Assembly: GCA_038257245.1 (NCBI GenBank)
Contig: JBBSJL010000002.1
Span: 5,588-69,587 of the forward strand
Direction of reading: 5' to 3'
Length of the DNA: 64,000 nucleotides
Origin: Candidatus Saccharimonadales bacterium
GTDB lineage: Bacteria; Patescibacteriota; Saccharimonadia; Saccharimonadales; JACQNP01
Shown in pieces: positions 34,166 to 43,874 of the stretch. Both the position numbers and the translations under genes were made by a program. The notes below the pieces were generated by a model. It saw nothing but the letters and a program-made list of their open reading frames with translations. It had not been told where the DNA came from and ran no database searches. Every line of letters begins with the position of its first letter. The first letter of the stretch is position 1.

Positions 34166-35302
34166 ATGACTAATTTTGGAGATGAAGCTTTAAGAAAACA
34201 CAAAGAACTAAAAGGTAAAATTTCTATTTCACTAAAAGATCCGTTAGACACACAGGATAAATTGAGTATCTACTACACTCCAGGCGTTGCTAAGGTATCA
34301 AGTTATGTTGCTAAAAATCCATCTGAGACACGCGACTATACGTGGCTAAACAATACCGTGGCAGTTATTAGCGATGGGTCCGCCGTACTCGGGCTAGGGA
34401 ATATTGGGCCCTATGGAGCATTGCCAGTCATGGAAGGAAAAGCCATGTTATTCAAACATTTTGCCAATATCGATGCAGTACCGATCATTCTTGATGTTCA
34501 CACTGCTGACGAAATAGTAAATACTGTGGCAGCCATAGCACCGAGTTTTGGTGGCATTAATCTAGAAGATATTGCCGCACCACTTTGTTTTGAAATCGAA
34601 AACAGATTAAAAGCAAAGCTCGATATCCCTGTCTTTCATGACGATCAACACGGTACCGCTATTGTTGTTCTAGCTGGGCTTATCAATTCTATGAAAATTA
34701 CTGGGAAGACTCTTTCAGATACTAAAGTCGTGGTTGTTGGTGCTGGAGCAGCGGGAACGGCCATTATTAAACTCTTACACGTATACGCTCAGCCTAACAT
34801 TCTTGCCATAGATAGTAAGGGCATTGTTAGTGGGTCGCGAGATGACCTTAACGATGAAAAGCAAAAGCTGCTCGAGTTTACCAATCCAAACAATGTTTCA
34901 GGTTCGCTTAGTGATGCGCTAATAGGCGCAGATATATTCATTGGCGTATCTAAAGGTGGCTTACTGACAACAGACATGATAAAAACAATGGCTACAAATC
35001 CTATAATCTTTGCGATGGCCAATCCTGATCCGGAAATATTACCAGATGATGCTAAACATGCAGGGGTGGCAATAATAGCAACCGGCAGAAGTGATTTTCC
35101 AAATCAAGTCAATAATGCGTTGGCCTTCCCAGGAATTTTCCGTGGTGCTTTAGATAACAAAGTTACTGCAATCACAGATCAACACAAGATAGCCTCAGCC
35201 GAGGTAATAGCCAACCTTGTAGAAAACCCAACCCCAGATACAATCATACCTTCTGTTTTAGATGATAGATTAGTCCCCGAGATAGCTAAAGTTATTATCT
35301 AG
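34166..35302 (+). CDS. NAD(P)-dependent malic enzyme (short, ~380-aa type)
   Basis: Motifs YTPGVA, SDGSAVLGLGNIG, FHDDQHGTAIV and GAGAAG are present. There is no PTA-like C-terminal domain. Confidence 0.9.
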   Translation: MTNFGDEALRKHKELKGKISISLKDPLDTQDKLSIYYTPGVAKVSSYVAKNPSETRDYTWLNNTVAVISDGSAVLGLGNIGPYGALPVMEGKAMLFKHFANIDAVPIILDVHTADEIVNTVAAIAPSFGGINLEDIAAPLCFEIENRLKAKLDIPVFHDDQHGTAIVVLAGLINSMKITGKTLSDTKVVVVGAGAAGTAIIKLLHVYAQPNILAIDSKGIVSGSRDDLNDEKQKLLEFTNPNNVSGSLSDALIGADIFIGVSKGGLLTTDMIKTMATNPIIFAMANPDPEILPDDAKHAGVAIIATGRSDFPNQVNNALAFPGIFRGALDNKVTAITDQHKIASAEVIANLVENPTPDTIIPSVLDDRLVPEIAKVII

Positions 35303-36912
35303 CCTACAACCCTGTATACTTCTTCCAAAGTAGTCAGGCCAGCACATACCTTCAGAATTCCATCTTGTAGCATAGTGCTCATCCCGCTCTTTACAGCAGC
35401 GGCTTCTATTTGTTGAGCAGACAGCGTCTTTTGTCCAGATTCTAGCAATTCCCTAATTGGTCCTGTCATTATAAACTGTTCTCTTAGTGGAACCTGTCCA
35501 ATGTAGCCAAATGGGTTTTCTGCTGAGCTACCGGATTTGTACAAAGTTATGTTATCGATATCTGGACGCTCAACACCCTCTGGCAAAGTATTTATAACTT
35601 CCCACAACTTTGCTTTGATTGCATCATCTGGTTGATAAGGTTGTTTCGTGGTCTCATCTAATAGCCGTACTAATCTCTGTGCCATTACCAACCTAATAGC
35701 TGACACAAACAATGGGTTTTCACCAACGACGTCCATAATTCTTGTTAGCGCAGCCGATGCAGACGATGCATGGAAAGTTGATAGAACCAAATGCCCGGTC
35801 AATGAAGCTTGTAGTGCAGTTTTTGCGGTGTCCATGTCACGAATCTCACCAACCATAACAATATCTGGGTCTAAACGAAGAATTGCCCTAAGTTTATTTG
35901 CAAACGAGCTACCGTCAGAAGCCCCTTGACCTGTAACTGGTATCTGAGTAATCCCCGGAAACTGATATTCAACTGGGTCTTCGACTGTAATAATCTTACG
36001 CTCTTCAGTATTTAATGTGTTGAGCATAGAGTACAATGTCGTCGTTTTTCCTGAGCCTGTAGGGCCAACGACCATGACTAGTCCACTCGGTTTCTCGATG
36101 ATATCGTCTACAATCTCACGTTCGTGCTCGGATAGCTTCAGTCTGTCTAGGTTATACATCGACGCGTCCATATTGAACAATCTCATAACAACATCCATGC
36201 CATTTACAGTCGGAACTGATTCTAGACGCAAGTTTATGTCCACTTCGTTCCCGTCTTCCATTTGAATATGCTGTGATATATGTCCTTGTTGAGCATCAGG
36301 TGATGAGGTTGATATATTACCTGCACTAGCTACAGCCGATATCAGTATTCTGTACTTGTCGATACTCAATCGAGCTATTGGGTGAAGAACTCCGTCAATT
36401 CTAAATCTTATCCGAACGTGGTCGCGCTGAGTTTCGACATGAATGTCAGATGAATTTAATTTATGGGCTTGCTGGACTAGATATGCCAGCATATCACCTG
36501 CTTTGACTTGTTCTAGTACTGACGAAACGTTCTGAATGTTATCGTCATTATTAGATTTGTTAACTGATATGTCGTGGTAGACAACTTTTTTGGGAGGATC
36601 GTATAAATGTATATACTCTCGGTAGCCATTATCTGAAATCAATGCAAAATTGACCTTTTGGTCTAGGAATTTATTACGTAAGTTGGTCATTGTTTGCTGA
36701 GATGTCGTATTGGTAACTCCAAAAACTATACTGTGCTCGGTAGACTTAACTGGTATGACACGTGAGCTCTTGATATCAGCTACTGGCATTAGATCTTTAT
36801 ACAGTTCACGTTGCTCTGGAGGCGTAACGCTAGTATCGTGGTAATCTAGACTGAGAATCCGGGCTCGTCGCTCAGTATTCATTTCTTCTTCTTTACGTGC
36901 GTCTTGACTCAT
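35299..36912 (-). CDS. pilB: GspE/PilB-family type II/IV secretion (type IV pilus assembly) ATPase
   Basis: 537 aa with Walker A (GPTGSGKTTT), Asp box, Walker B (DPDIVMVGEIRD) and His box (GHLVLSTFH). Confidence 0.87.
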   Translation of the reverse strand: MSQDARKEEEMNTERRARILSLDYHDTSVTPPEQRELYKDLMPVADIKSSRVIPVKSTEHSIVFGVTNTTSQQTMTNLRNKFLDQKVNFALISDNGYREYIHLYDPPKKVVYHDISVNKSNNDDNIQNVSSVLEQVKAGDMLAYLVQQAHKLNSSDIHVETQRDHVRIRFRIDGVLHPIARLSIDKYRILISAVASAGNISTSSPDAQQGHISQHIQMEDGNEVDINLRLESVPTVNGMDVVMRLFNMDASMYNLDRLKLSEHEREIVDDIIEKPSGLVMVVGPTGSGKTTTLYSMLNTLNTEERKIITVEDPVEYQFPGITQIPVTGQGASDGSSFANKLRAILRLDPDIVMVGEIRDMDTAKTALQASLTGHLVLSTFHASSASAALTRIMDVVGENPLFVSAIRLVMAQRLVRLLDETTKQPYQPDDAIKAKLWEVINTLPEGVERPDIDNITLYKSGSSAENPFGYIGQVPLREQFIMTGPIRELLESGQKTLSAQQIEAAAVKSGMSTMLQDGILKVCAGLTTLEEVYRVVG

Positions 36913-36954
36913 ACCTGTATATTAAAGCATAAGCATCCTTCGTATTAAAGGGGG

Positions 36955-36963
36955 TGCTACACT
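36955..36963 (+). promoter_or_regulatory. Extended -10 (TGcTACACT), 6 nt before the ATG at 36970
   Basis: Sequence is ggTGcTACACT-ataaat-ATG. Confidence 0.35.
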
Positions 36964-36969
36964 ATAAAT

Positions 36970-37473
36970 ATGTCACCAGAGATAATAATCATTGCTCACA
37001 ATGTAAGAAGTTGCCATAACATAGGTTCAGTATTAAGGACTGCTGATGGAATTGGTGTAGTTAAAGTGATCATTTCTGGCTTTAGCCCCTATCCTGAGCA
37101 ACAAAGTGACCAACGATTGCCTCATCTTGCCCAAAAAATAAGTAAACAAATTACCAAGACTGCACTCGGGGCAGAAAAGTCAGTGCCGTGGGTTCACCAT
37201 GACGACAATATTGACGTAATAATTGCTAATCTAAAAAGTGATGGATACCAAATAGCGGCTTTGGAGCAGTCTTCTTCATCAATTGAAATTAATAATTACA
37301 TGCCTTCAGATAAAATAGCAATTCTGATCGGAAACGAAATTGACGGTATAGATAAAAGCATCCTGGCTTTATGTGATGTAGTAATAGAAATACCTATGTT
37401 CGGGGGGAAAGAATCCTATAACGTCGTTCAAGCTACAGCCATGCTACTATACCGTTTACGTTTTTTGCCATAA
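36970..37473 (+). CDS. SpoU/TrmH-family RNA 2'-O-methyltransferase
   Basis: 167 aa with SPOUT motifs (HNIGSVLRTADGIGV, GNEIDGI, IPMFGGKESYNVVQA). Confidence 0.85.
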   Translation: MSPEIIIIAHNVRSCHNIGSVLRTADGIGVVKVIISGFSPYPEQQSDQRLPHLAQKISKQITKTALGAEKSVPWVHHDDNIDVIIANLKSDGYQIAALEQSSSSIEINNYMPSDKIAILIGNEIDGIDKSILALCDVVIEIPMFGGKESYNVVQATAMLLYRLRFLP

Positions 37474-37499
37474 CTAGCATTTCCTAGTAAAATAATAGT

Positions 37500-38513
37500 G
37501 TGAAAAAGCCCACCAAAACAAACAGCCATAACCATAGAAAACGTTTTGGTCATCATCACAAACGTTCAAAGTCTTTTCATGATACTTACTTGCCCTATTT
37601 ACCCATGACAATTATCTTATTTGTAAGTGTTTTCGTTAGTGGCTATAACCCCCGAGCGGGCACACTTGCTTACGCAACAGAAATGAGTCACCATGGGTTA
37701 CTTGCATCTACAAACACTCAAAGATTAAGTTATGGTAAAACAACACTGGCGATCAATGACCAATTAAACCAAGCAGCCCAGACCAAAGCAAACGACATGG
37801 TAGCTCGTAATTACTGGTCTCATGACACGCCAGATGGTCAAGAGCCTTGGGTGTTTATTAATGGGGCTGGCTATAGCTACACAAAAGCAGGTGAAAACTT
37901 AGCATACGGATTCTCTAGCAGCGACACAACCGTCAATGGATGGATGAATAGCCCGACCCACAAAGATAATCTACTGGATAGTGACTTTGTTGAAGTTGGC
38001 TTTGGATTTGCTAATGGAAGTAACTTTAATAATGCCGGTGAAGAAACTGTGGTAGTAGCGATGTACGGAGAACCTTATGTTTTAGCCTCTACGGGTCAGT
38101 CTCCGCCGCCGCCAGCGGAGACTACATCCACTTCGGCTCCGAGTGAAATACCAGCAGAATCAACCTCCGAAAAAGAGGGCTCGCCAGTCGCACAATCCAC
38201 TGCCAACCCGGATAATAATAACCAGATGTCGAGTGGTCAGATAAAACAGCCAGAAGTAGTTGTTGCATCAGCCATATCAGTTAGTAGAATTGAAACATTG
38301 TTCACAAATACCCCCCCATGGGTCGTAAGTTCAATAACTTTTGTGATTGGGTTTTTATTAGCAGTACTGCTTGCCAGACATGGGTTGCGATTTAGAAAAC
38401 TACTACGCGATAGCCAGAATTTCATAACACATCATCCCGTAATTGATTCTACGGTCTTAGCTCTTATAGTTTTGGGCGTTACACTTGTTAGAAATGTAGG
38501 AAATATACTCTAA
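37500..38513 (+). CDS. CAP/SCP (YkwD-like) domain protein with N- and C-terminal TM helices
   Basis: 337 aa with a GTG start and a His/Lys-rich N-terminus. CAP motifs are present (NYWSHDTPDG, GENLAYGF, GWMNSPTHKDNLL). A P/S/T-rich linker and a C-terminal hydrophobic helix follow. Confidence 0.75.
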   Translation: MKKPTKTNSHNHRKRFGHHHKRSKSFHDTYLPYLPMTIILFVSVFVSGYNPRAGTLAYATEMSHHGLLASTNTQRLSYGKTTLAINDQLNQAAQTKANDMVARNYWSHDTPDGQEPWVFINGAGYSYTKAGENLAYGFSSSDTTVNGWMNSPTHKDNLLDSDFVEVGFGFANGSNFNNAGEETVVVAMYGEPYVLASTGQSPPPPAETTSTSAPSEIPAESTSEKEGSPVAQSTANPDNNNQMSSGQIKQPEVVVASAISVSRIETLFTNTPPWVVSSITFVIGFLLAVLLARHGLRFRKLLRDSQNFITHHPVIDSTVLALIVLGVTLVRNVGNIL

Positions 38514-41500
38514 CTAATAGTAGCGTTTTCTTCTCCGACAACTTCTTTGATTTTAGCTATAACTGATTCATTATTACTAACAGTGGAAGGTAGTTTAATT
38601 GCCTGTTTGTTAGTTCCCAAACCTATGACAAGTACTACTTCGATATCGTCTCCATCGGATTTATCCGATTTATCTAATACTGTTTTTATGTCTTTGAGAA
38701 GCTTCTGATCTTTAGTGTCTTTAAGGCGAATATATATTCTTTGTTTTTTGGGCAATTCTTTTGTTTCTACATTTTTTGTTTGAGCAGATTTTATTGATTT
38801 TTTTAGACTCTTTGTTTTTTTGCCAGTTTCAATATAACCACTCGCCTGATCTGGTGTTATTTCACGAGCTTCATTGACTAAAATTTTATAGTCGTCCGTT
38901 GCATCCCCCTCCTTTGTTTTAGCATTCACTTTTCCTTTAACTAAAACTACTCTGTCTTGTTCCCATATACCCAATGTTTCCTGGTAAACACCCGGGAATA
39001 ATATAAGCTCAGTTGAACCGAAATTATCTTCGATTTTTACAAAAGCCATTTTTTGGCCATTTTTTGTAGTTATCTCTTTGGACTCAGTTATTATTCCTCC
39101 AGCGTTGACTGTTAAATTATCGTGTTCTCTGGATATACCGTTAAGTGGGGTAGTCTTTTCGCCAAGTATTGCTTCAAAGCTTTCTAAAGGATGTTTACTT
39201 ATATAAATGCCGAGTAACTCTCGTTCCCAGACCAATTGGTCACGAACGCTAATTTCCTCAGAAGGATTTATCAGATTTGACGAAACAAACACTGGCTCAC
39301 TAGTCTGATTGCCGAACAAGTCAATTTGGCCACTAGACTTTTGTTTATGCTCTTTGCTTGCAAAAGCTATTAACGTGTCCAGATTATGTAACAGTAAAGT
39401 CCTCTCGTTAAACTTATCAAACGCCCCAGACTTAATTAAACTTTCTTGTACTTTTCTATTTATTATCCTCGGATTTATACGTTTGAAAAAATCATCAATA
39501 TCGGTAAATTCACCCTCCTCGCGTATCGCCAATATCTCTTCGACTGCGCCGATTCCTACGTTCTTGACTGCCGATAGACCAAATCGAATCTGGTTCATTT
39601 TAGGGACTACTGCAAATTCAACATATGATTCATTTATATCTGGCGGCAGTACTTTAATGCCCATGTTTTTACATTCAGTAACCTCAATTGCCAATCTATC
39701 CGAGTCATCATAATCACTAGTCATTAGAGCCGCCATGAAAGCGTTCGGATAATGTGCCTTAAGATATGCGGTCTGGTAAGCAATAAGCCCGTAGCATGCA
39801 GCGTGTGACTTATTAAAGGCATAGTCTGCGAACCCTTCGAGATCTTTCCAGAATTTTTCGACAATCGATATTTCGACCCCTTTTGTAACCGCCCCCTCAA
39901 TAACTTTATCTTTCAATTTAGCCATCATGTCACGTTTCTTTTTACCGACAGCCTTTCGTAAGGTGTCTGACTCACCGCCAGTAAATCCACACATATCCCG
40001 AACTATCTGCATGAATTGTTCTTGGTAGACCATTACTCCGTAAGTGTCTTTAAGGGCGGGCTTCATCAGTTCATGATCGTATATAACCCGTTCTTTACCA
40101 TTCTTCCTAGCAATAAACTTGTTCGTCAAACCAGCCGTCAGGGGCCCCGGACGATACAACGCTCCCATTGCTATAATGTCCTCAAATACTGTCGGTTTTA
40201 GCTCTTTGAGATATCTTTTCATTCCGGCTGATTCCAATTGAAAAACACCTGTAGTTTCGCCTTTTTGTAGTAATTCAAATGTTAATTTGTCATCTAGTGG
40301 TATATTATTGATATCAACGTTCTTTTTATGAACCTTCTTTATGATTCTAAGTGTATTTTTGATAATCGTAAGGTTGGACAAACCCAAGAAATCCATTTTT
40401 AATAGACCGAGGTCTTCGATTGGACCCATGGGATATTGTGTTGTAACTACCCCTTTTTGGGCCATTTCCAGTGGGGTAAACTTCACTATTTCATCAGGTG
40501 CAATTACTACACCTGCAGCATGGACGCCATGGCTTCTTATCGTTCCTTCGAGTTGCACAGCCAAATCAAAGACTTCCCTTGACTGTTCATTATTTTCATA
40601 CTCATCTTTTAGGTCTTTATCATTAATTAACGAGTTTTCTAAAGGTATATGTCTGCCTTGAATGGGCGGAGGAATCATTTTCGCAAGCCTATCAGCATCG
40701 CTATACGGTACTTGTAGAACCCTTGCAACGTCACGAACTGCATTCCTGGCTGCCATCCTACCAAAAGTAACTATATTTGCCACTCTGTCTTCCCCGTACT
40801 TCTCGACACAATACTGGATCACCTCATCACGACGTGTATCTTGTATATCTATATCAATATCAGGCATTGATATACGATCAGGATTCAAAAATCTCTCAAA
40901 TAAAAGATCGTACTCTAGTGGATCTAACTCTGTGATCTTTAACGCATATGAAATTATTGAACCAGCAGCCGAGCCCCTCCCGGGTCCAAAAACAATTCCC
41001 TGGTCTTTGCCCCAATTAATGAAATCAGCAATTATTAAAAAGTAGCCATTGAAACCCATCTGATTTATTACACCTAGTTCGTACTCAATTCTACTCAAAA
41101 CGGGCTTACCCAACATTTTTTTAGCTTGAGCGATTGTTAGCTCTGCAAGATCCGTTTTGGTTTTTGAGTATCTAGCGACTAACCCTTGGTAAACCTGTTC
41201 CTCTAGATAAGACTTTTCCGTATACCCTTTTGGTACCTCAAACTTTGGAATGAGAATTTTCCCAAGTTCAATACTAATATCACATCTGTCAGCAATTTTC
41301 TTGGTATTCGATATAATATCGGGGTGATCTTTGCCCCACCTATCAATTAATTCTGTTGGATCAGTTACATGCAGCTCAAACTTTTTAAGACTCATCCTTT
41401 TTTCATCACTAAGAAACGACCCAGTCTGAACACATAATAATATCTCGTGGGCAGCTTGGTCTTTCTGTTCTAAATAATGCGCATCACAAGTTAAAACGCA

Positions 41501-42133
41501 TTTTATCCCCAGTTCTTCTGCCAGTTTGAATGTTTCGTCAGTGACCTTCACTTGTTCATCCCATGAACTTGGGTGGTTTGGATGGCCATGGTCTTGTACT
41601 TCTAAGTAATACCGATCACCAAAAACCGATTTGTACCATTTAGCAGTTTGTTTGGCCTGATCATACTGGTCATTTCTAAGAGCACTTCCTATCTCACCGC
41701 CAATACAGCCGCTAAGAATAATCAGACCTTCATTGTACTTTTCTAATAAATGGTGGTCAACTCTGGGTTTGTAATAAAATCCCTTAAGATTAGCGTCCGT
41801 GCTTAGCTTCATAAGATTTCCATAACCGACATTGTTCATAGCAATTATTATTAGGTGGTTATATACCTTATCTTTGCCCGGGTCTCTAGCTGTCATGGAT
41901 CTAGGTGCAACGTAAGCTTCCATACCAATTATTGGTTTGATGTTTTTGGATTTTGCTTCTTTGTAAAAGTCTAATACACCAGACAAAGTACCGTGATCCG
42001 TCATAGCCACAGCTGACATGCCTTTTTCTGCAACGTAGTTCATTAACGCTGGAACTTTAGTTAAGCCATCAAGCAAACTGTATTGAGTGTGATTATGTAG
42101 ATGAACATAATCACCGGGTTCAAGTTTTGACAT
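38510..42133 (-). CDS. dnaE: DNA polymerase III alpha subunit
   Basis: 1207 aa with a PHP domain (HLHNHTQYSLLDG), palm motif (GPGRGSAAGS) and an OB fold, plus a lysine-rich C-terminal extension. Confidence 0.96.
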   Translation of the reverse strand: MSKLEPGDYVHLHNHTQYSLLDGLTKVPALMNYVAEKGMSAVAMTDHGTLSGVLDFYKEAKSKNIKPIIGMEAYVAPRSMTARDPGKDKVYNHLIIIAMNNVGYGNLMKLSTDANLKGFYYKPRVDHHLLEKYNEGLIILSGCIGGEIGSALRNDQYDQAKQTAKWYKSVFGDRYYLEVQDHGHPNHPSSWDEQVKVTDETFKLAEELGIKCVLTCDAHYLEQKDQAAHEILLCVQTGSFLSDEKRMSLKKFELHVTDPTELIDRWGKDHPDIISNTKKIADRCDISIELGKILIPKFEVPKGYTEKSYLEEQVYQGLVARYSKTKTDLAELTIAQAKKMLGKPVLSRIEYELGVINQMGFNGYFLIIADFINWGKDQGIVFGPGRGSAAGSIISYALKITELDPLEYDLLFERFLNPDRISMPDIDIDIQDTRRDEVIQYCVEKYGEDRVANIVTFGRMAARNAVRDVARVLQVPYSDADRLAKMIPPPIQGRHIPLENSLINDKDLKDEYENNEQSREVFDLAVQLEGTIRSHGVHAAGVVIAPDEIVKFTPLEMAQKGVVTTQYPMGPIEDLGLLKMDFLGLSNLTIIKNTLRIIKKVHKKNVDINNIPLDDKLTFELLQKGETTGVFQLESAGMKRYLKELKPTVFEDIIAMGALYRPGPLTAGLTNKFIARKNGKERVIYDHELMKPALKDTYGVMVYQEQFMQIVRDMCGFTGGESDTLRKAVGKKKRDMMAKLKDKVIEGAVTKGVEISIVEKFWKDLEGFADYAFNKSHAACYGLIAYQTAYLKAHYPNAFMAALMTSDYDDSDRLAIEVTECKNMGIKVLPPDINESYVEFAVVPKMNQIRFGLSAVKNVGIGAVEEILAIREEGEFTDIDDFFKRINPRIINRKVQESLIKSGAFDKFNERTLLLHNLDTLIAFASKEHKQKSSGQIDLFGNQTSEPVFVSSNLINPSEEISVRDQLVWERELLGIYISKHPLESFEAILGEKTTPLNGISREHDNLTVNAGGIITESKEITTKNGQKMAFVKIEDNFGSTELILFPGVYQETLGIWEQDRVVLVKGKVNAKTKEGDATDDYKILVNEAREITPDQASGYIETGKKTKSLKKSIKSAQTKNVETKELPKKQRIYIRLKDTKDQKLLKDIKTVLDKSDKSDGDDIEVVLVIGLGTNKQAIKLPSTVSNNESVIAKIKEVVGEENATIS

Positions 42134-42227
42134 AATTAAACAAACCTCACACCCTATATTTTAATGGATATTAGTAAAATTCGAACCTTAATTATTACAA
42201 CGGCAAATAGTTAGTTTTAGATTAATA

Positions 42228-42638
42228 TTATGCAGATGGTTTTTTTGCGTATTTTTTTAGATTTTCAATTGCTTTATTGAGTTCTGTAACTGCTTTGTTC
42301 AGGTCTTTATCGTCTGCTTCACCTTCATGTAGCGCACTTAGAACCGCTTTAGCCTTGTCTTTAGCATTCTGAGCAGTAGATACAGCGGCTTTAAGCTCAG
42401 AACTAGCCTTCTCACCCAAAGATTTCAGAGTAGCCTCGCCACCTGCAATAAGCTTTGATGCCTCATCATGAAGGGTTTTGAGTCTATCTTCTAATTCTTT
42501 TTTATTTTTCACTGCAACTACTTTGATGTCTTCGCGAGTTTCTTTGCCGCTTTTGGGTGCCGTTAATATGCCAGTCACGTATCCTATCCCTGCAGCTATT
42601 GTGGTAAAAATCGCCAGGTTTTTAGTCTTTTTTAGCAT
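42228..42638 (-). CDS. YtxH-like stress protein (N-terminal TM, helical)
   Basis: 136 aa. A TM helix followed by GILTAPKSGKETREDIK is typical of the YtxH family. Confidence 0.6.
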   Translation of the reverse strand: MLKKTKNLAIFTTIAAGIGYVTGILTAPKSGKETREDIKVVAVKNKKELEDRLKTLHDEASKLIAGGEATLKSLGEKASSELKAAVSTAQNAKDKAKAVLSALHEGEADDKDLNKAVTELNKAIENLKKYAKKPSA

Positions 42639-42885
42639 TACTATCCTTTCGATTAGAGTTTAAGAACTTGTTAAATATTTCTACAACTGACGAGACAAAT
42701 CGAAGCCCAGATATAGATTTAACTGAATCTTCAATAACGTCGCCAACTTCTTCGGCTTTACTAGACAAGCGCTTAATGCTTTTTAACACTTGGATTAATA
42801 TTGACAAGCAAATAATGCCGAGAACTAAGAATACTGCTAGTGCGCCTGATAGAATAATAACTAAAATTTCTGCTGCTTCGTTCAT
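42622..42885 (-). CDS. Small membrane protein (DUF948-like)
   Basis: 87 aa with an N-terminal TM helix and a helical tail. It overlaps the YtxH-like gene by 17 nt. Confidence 0.4.
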   Translation of the reverse strand: MNEAAEILVIILSGALAVFLVLGIICLSILIQVLKSIKRLSSKAEEVGDVIEDSVKSISGLRFVSSVVEIFNKFLNSNRKDSNAKKD

Positions 42886-42915
42886 TCTATTCTATTATAC
42901 AGTAATTATCCTTAT

Positions 42916-43806
42916 TTAGAATTTACTTCGTAAATGTTCCAAGAATTCTTCTCTGATATCTTCTCTTTCTAGAGCAAAGTCTACTACTGTTTTTAGGTAT
43001 TCTAGTTTATTTCCGGTGTCATAATATTTGCTTTCGTTCAAAAGGCATGCGTATAAATCTTGTCCGTCTTGGATCATAGGTTCCAAAACATAAGTTGTTA
43101 GATAAAATTCTTGATTATCCGCTAAATTATGTTTGGCTTTTTCAATATATTTAAAGACTTCCGGCGTAAGTAAATAGCCACCCACACTACCGAAATTGGA
43201 TGGTGCATTGTCTTTTCCTGGTTTTTCTACCAAGCCTTCCATTTTCATGATGCCAGTCTCTATTTCTTGGCCATGTATTACCCCATATCTATCGTAATCC
43301 TCGTCTCGGCTCAATGGTATACATGGCAGAATCGACCCTCCAAGCTGATTAAATAAATCGATCATCTGTTTAAATCTGTTAGGGCTAGCCGTAATAATGT
43401 CATCGGCAAAAGTATAGATAAATGGCTCGTCCCCAATCAAGTGAGCTGCATTCATGATAGGTGTTGTGCTACCATAAGGCCCTTTTTGTCTAATATAGGC
43501 GAAGTTAGCTAGGTCTGAGATATGTTTTGTGTCTTCCAGTAATTGTTCTTTGTTCCCTTGCTTTAAATTCAGCCGCAGTTCGGCACTCATGTGGTCAAAA
43601 TGATCTTCTATCGATCGTTTATGGTAACCAGTAACGATTACGATGTCCTCTATGCCAGCGTCTACCAGTTCTTCGACTATGTATTGAATTATTGGTTTGT
43701 CTACTAATGGAAGCATTTCTTTGGGCATAGCCTTGGTCTGCGGCAAAAAACGTGTTCCAAACCCTGCAGCAGCAATGACGGCTTTTCTTATTGGTTTTTG
43801 GTTCAT
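42916..43806 (-). CDS. galU: UTP--glucose-1-phosphate uridylyltransferase
   Basis: ORF 42916..43833 with AAGFGTRFLPQTKAMPKEMLP and VEKP motifs. Start ATG 43806 (MNQKPIRKAV) fits the family N-terminus. Confidence 0.9.
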   Translation of the reverse strand: MNQKPIRKAVIAAAGFGTRFLPQTKAMPKEMLPLVDKPIIQYIVEELVDAGIEDIVIVTGYHKRSIEDHFDHMSAELRLNLKQGNKEQLLEDTKHISDLANFAYIRQKGPYGSTTPIMNAAHLIGDEPFIYTFADDIITASPNRFKQMIDLFNQLGGSILPCIPLSRDEDYDRYGVIHGQEIETGIMKMEGLVEKPGKDNAPSNFGSVGGYLLTPEVFKYIEKAKHNLADNQEFYLTTYVLEPMIQDGQDLYACLLNESKYYDTGNKLEYLKTVVDFALEREDIREEFLEHLRSKF

Positions 43807-43813
43807 CACAAAG

Positions 43814-43822
43814 ATTGTACCA
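43814..43822 (-). promoter_or_regulatory. Extended -10 (TGgTACAAT), 7 nt before the galU ATG
   Basis: Minus strand reads aTGgTACAAT-ctttgtg-ATG(43806). Confidence 0.4.
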
Positions 43823-43874
43823 TACCTGCTCATGCTTGCTGTTAATCGTGTGTAGAGTACAATTATTGTCTAGT

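Noticed and set aside
42179-42187. GGTTCGAAT (a tRNA T-loop-like string, minus strand) in the YtxH/dnaE intergenic region.
   Set aside because: The flanking sequence cannot form a T-stem, an acceptor stem or an anticodon arm. It is not a tRNA or a tmRNA fragment.
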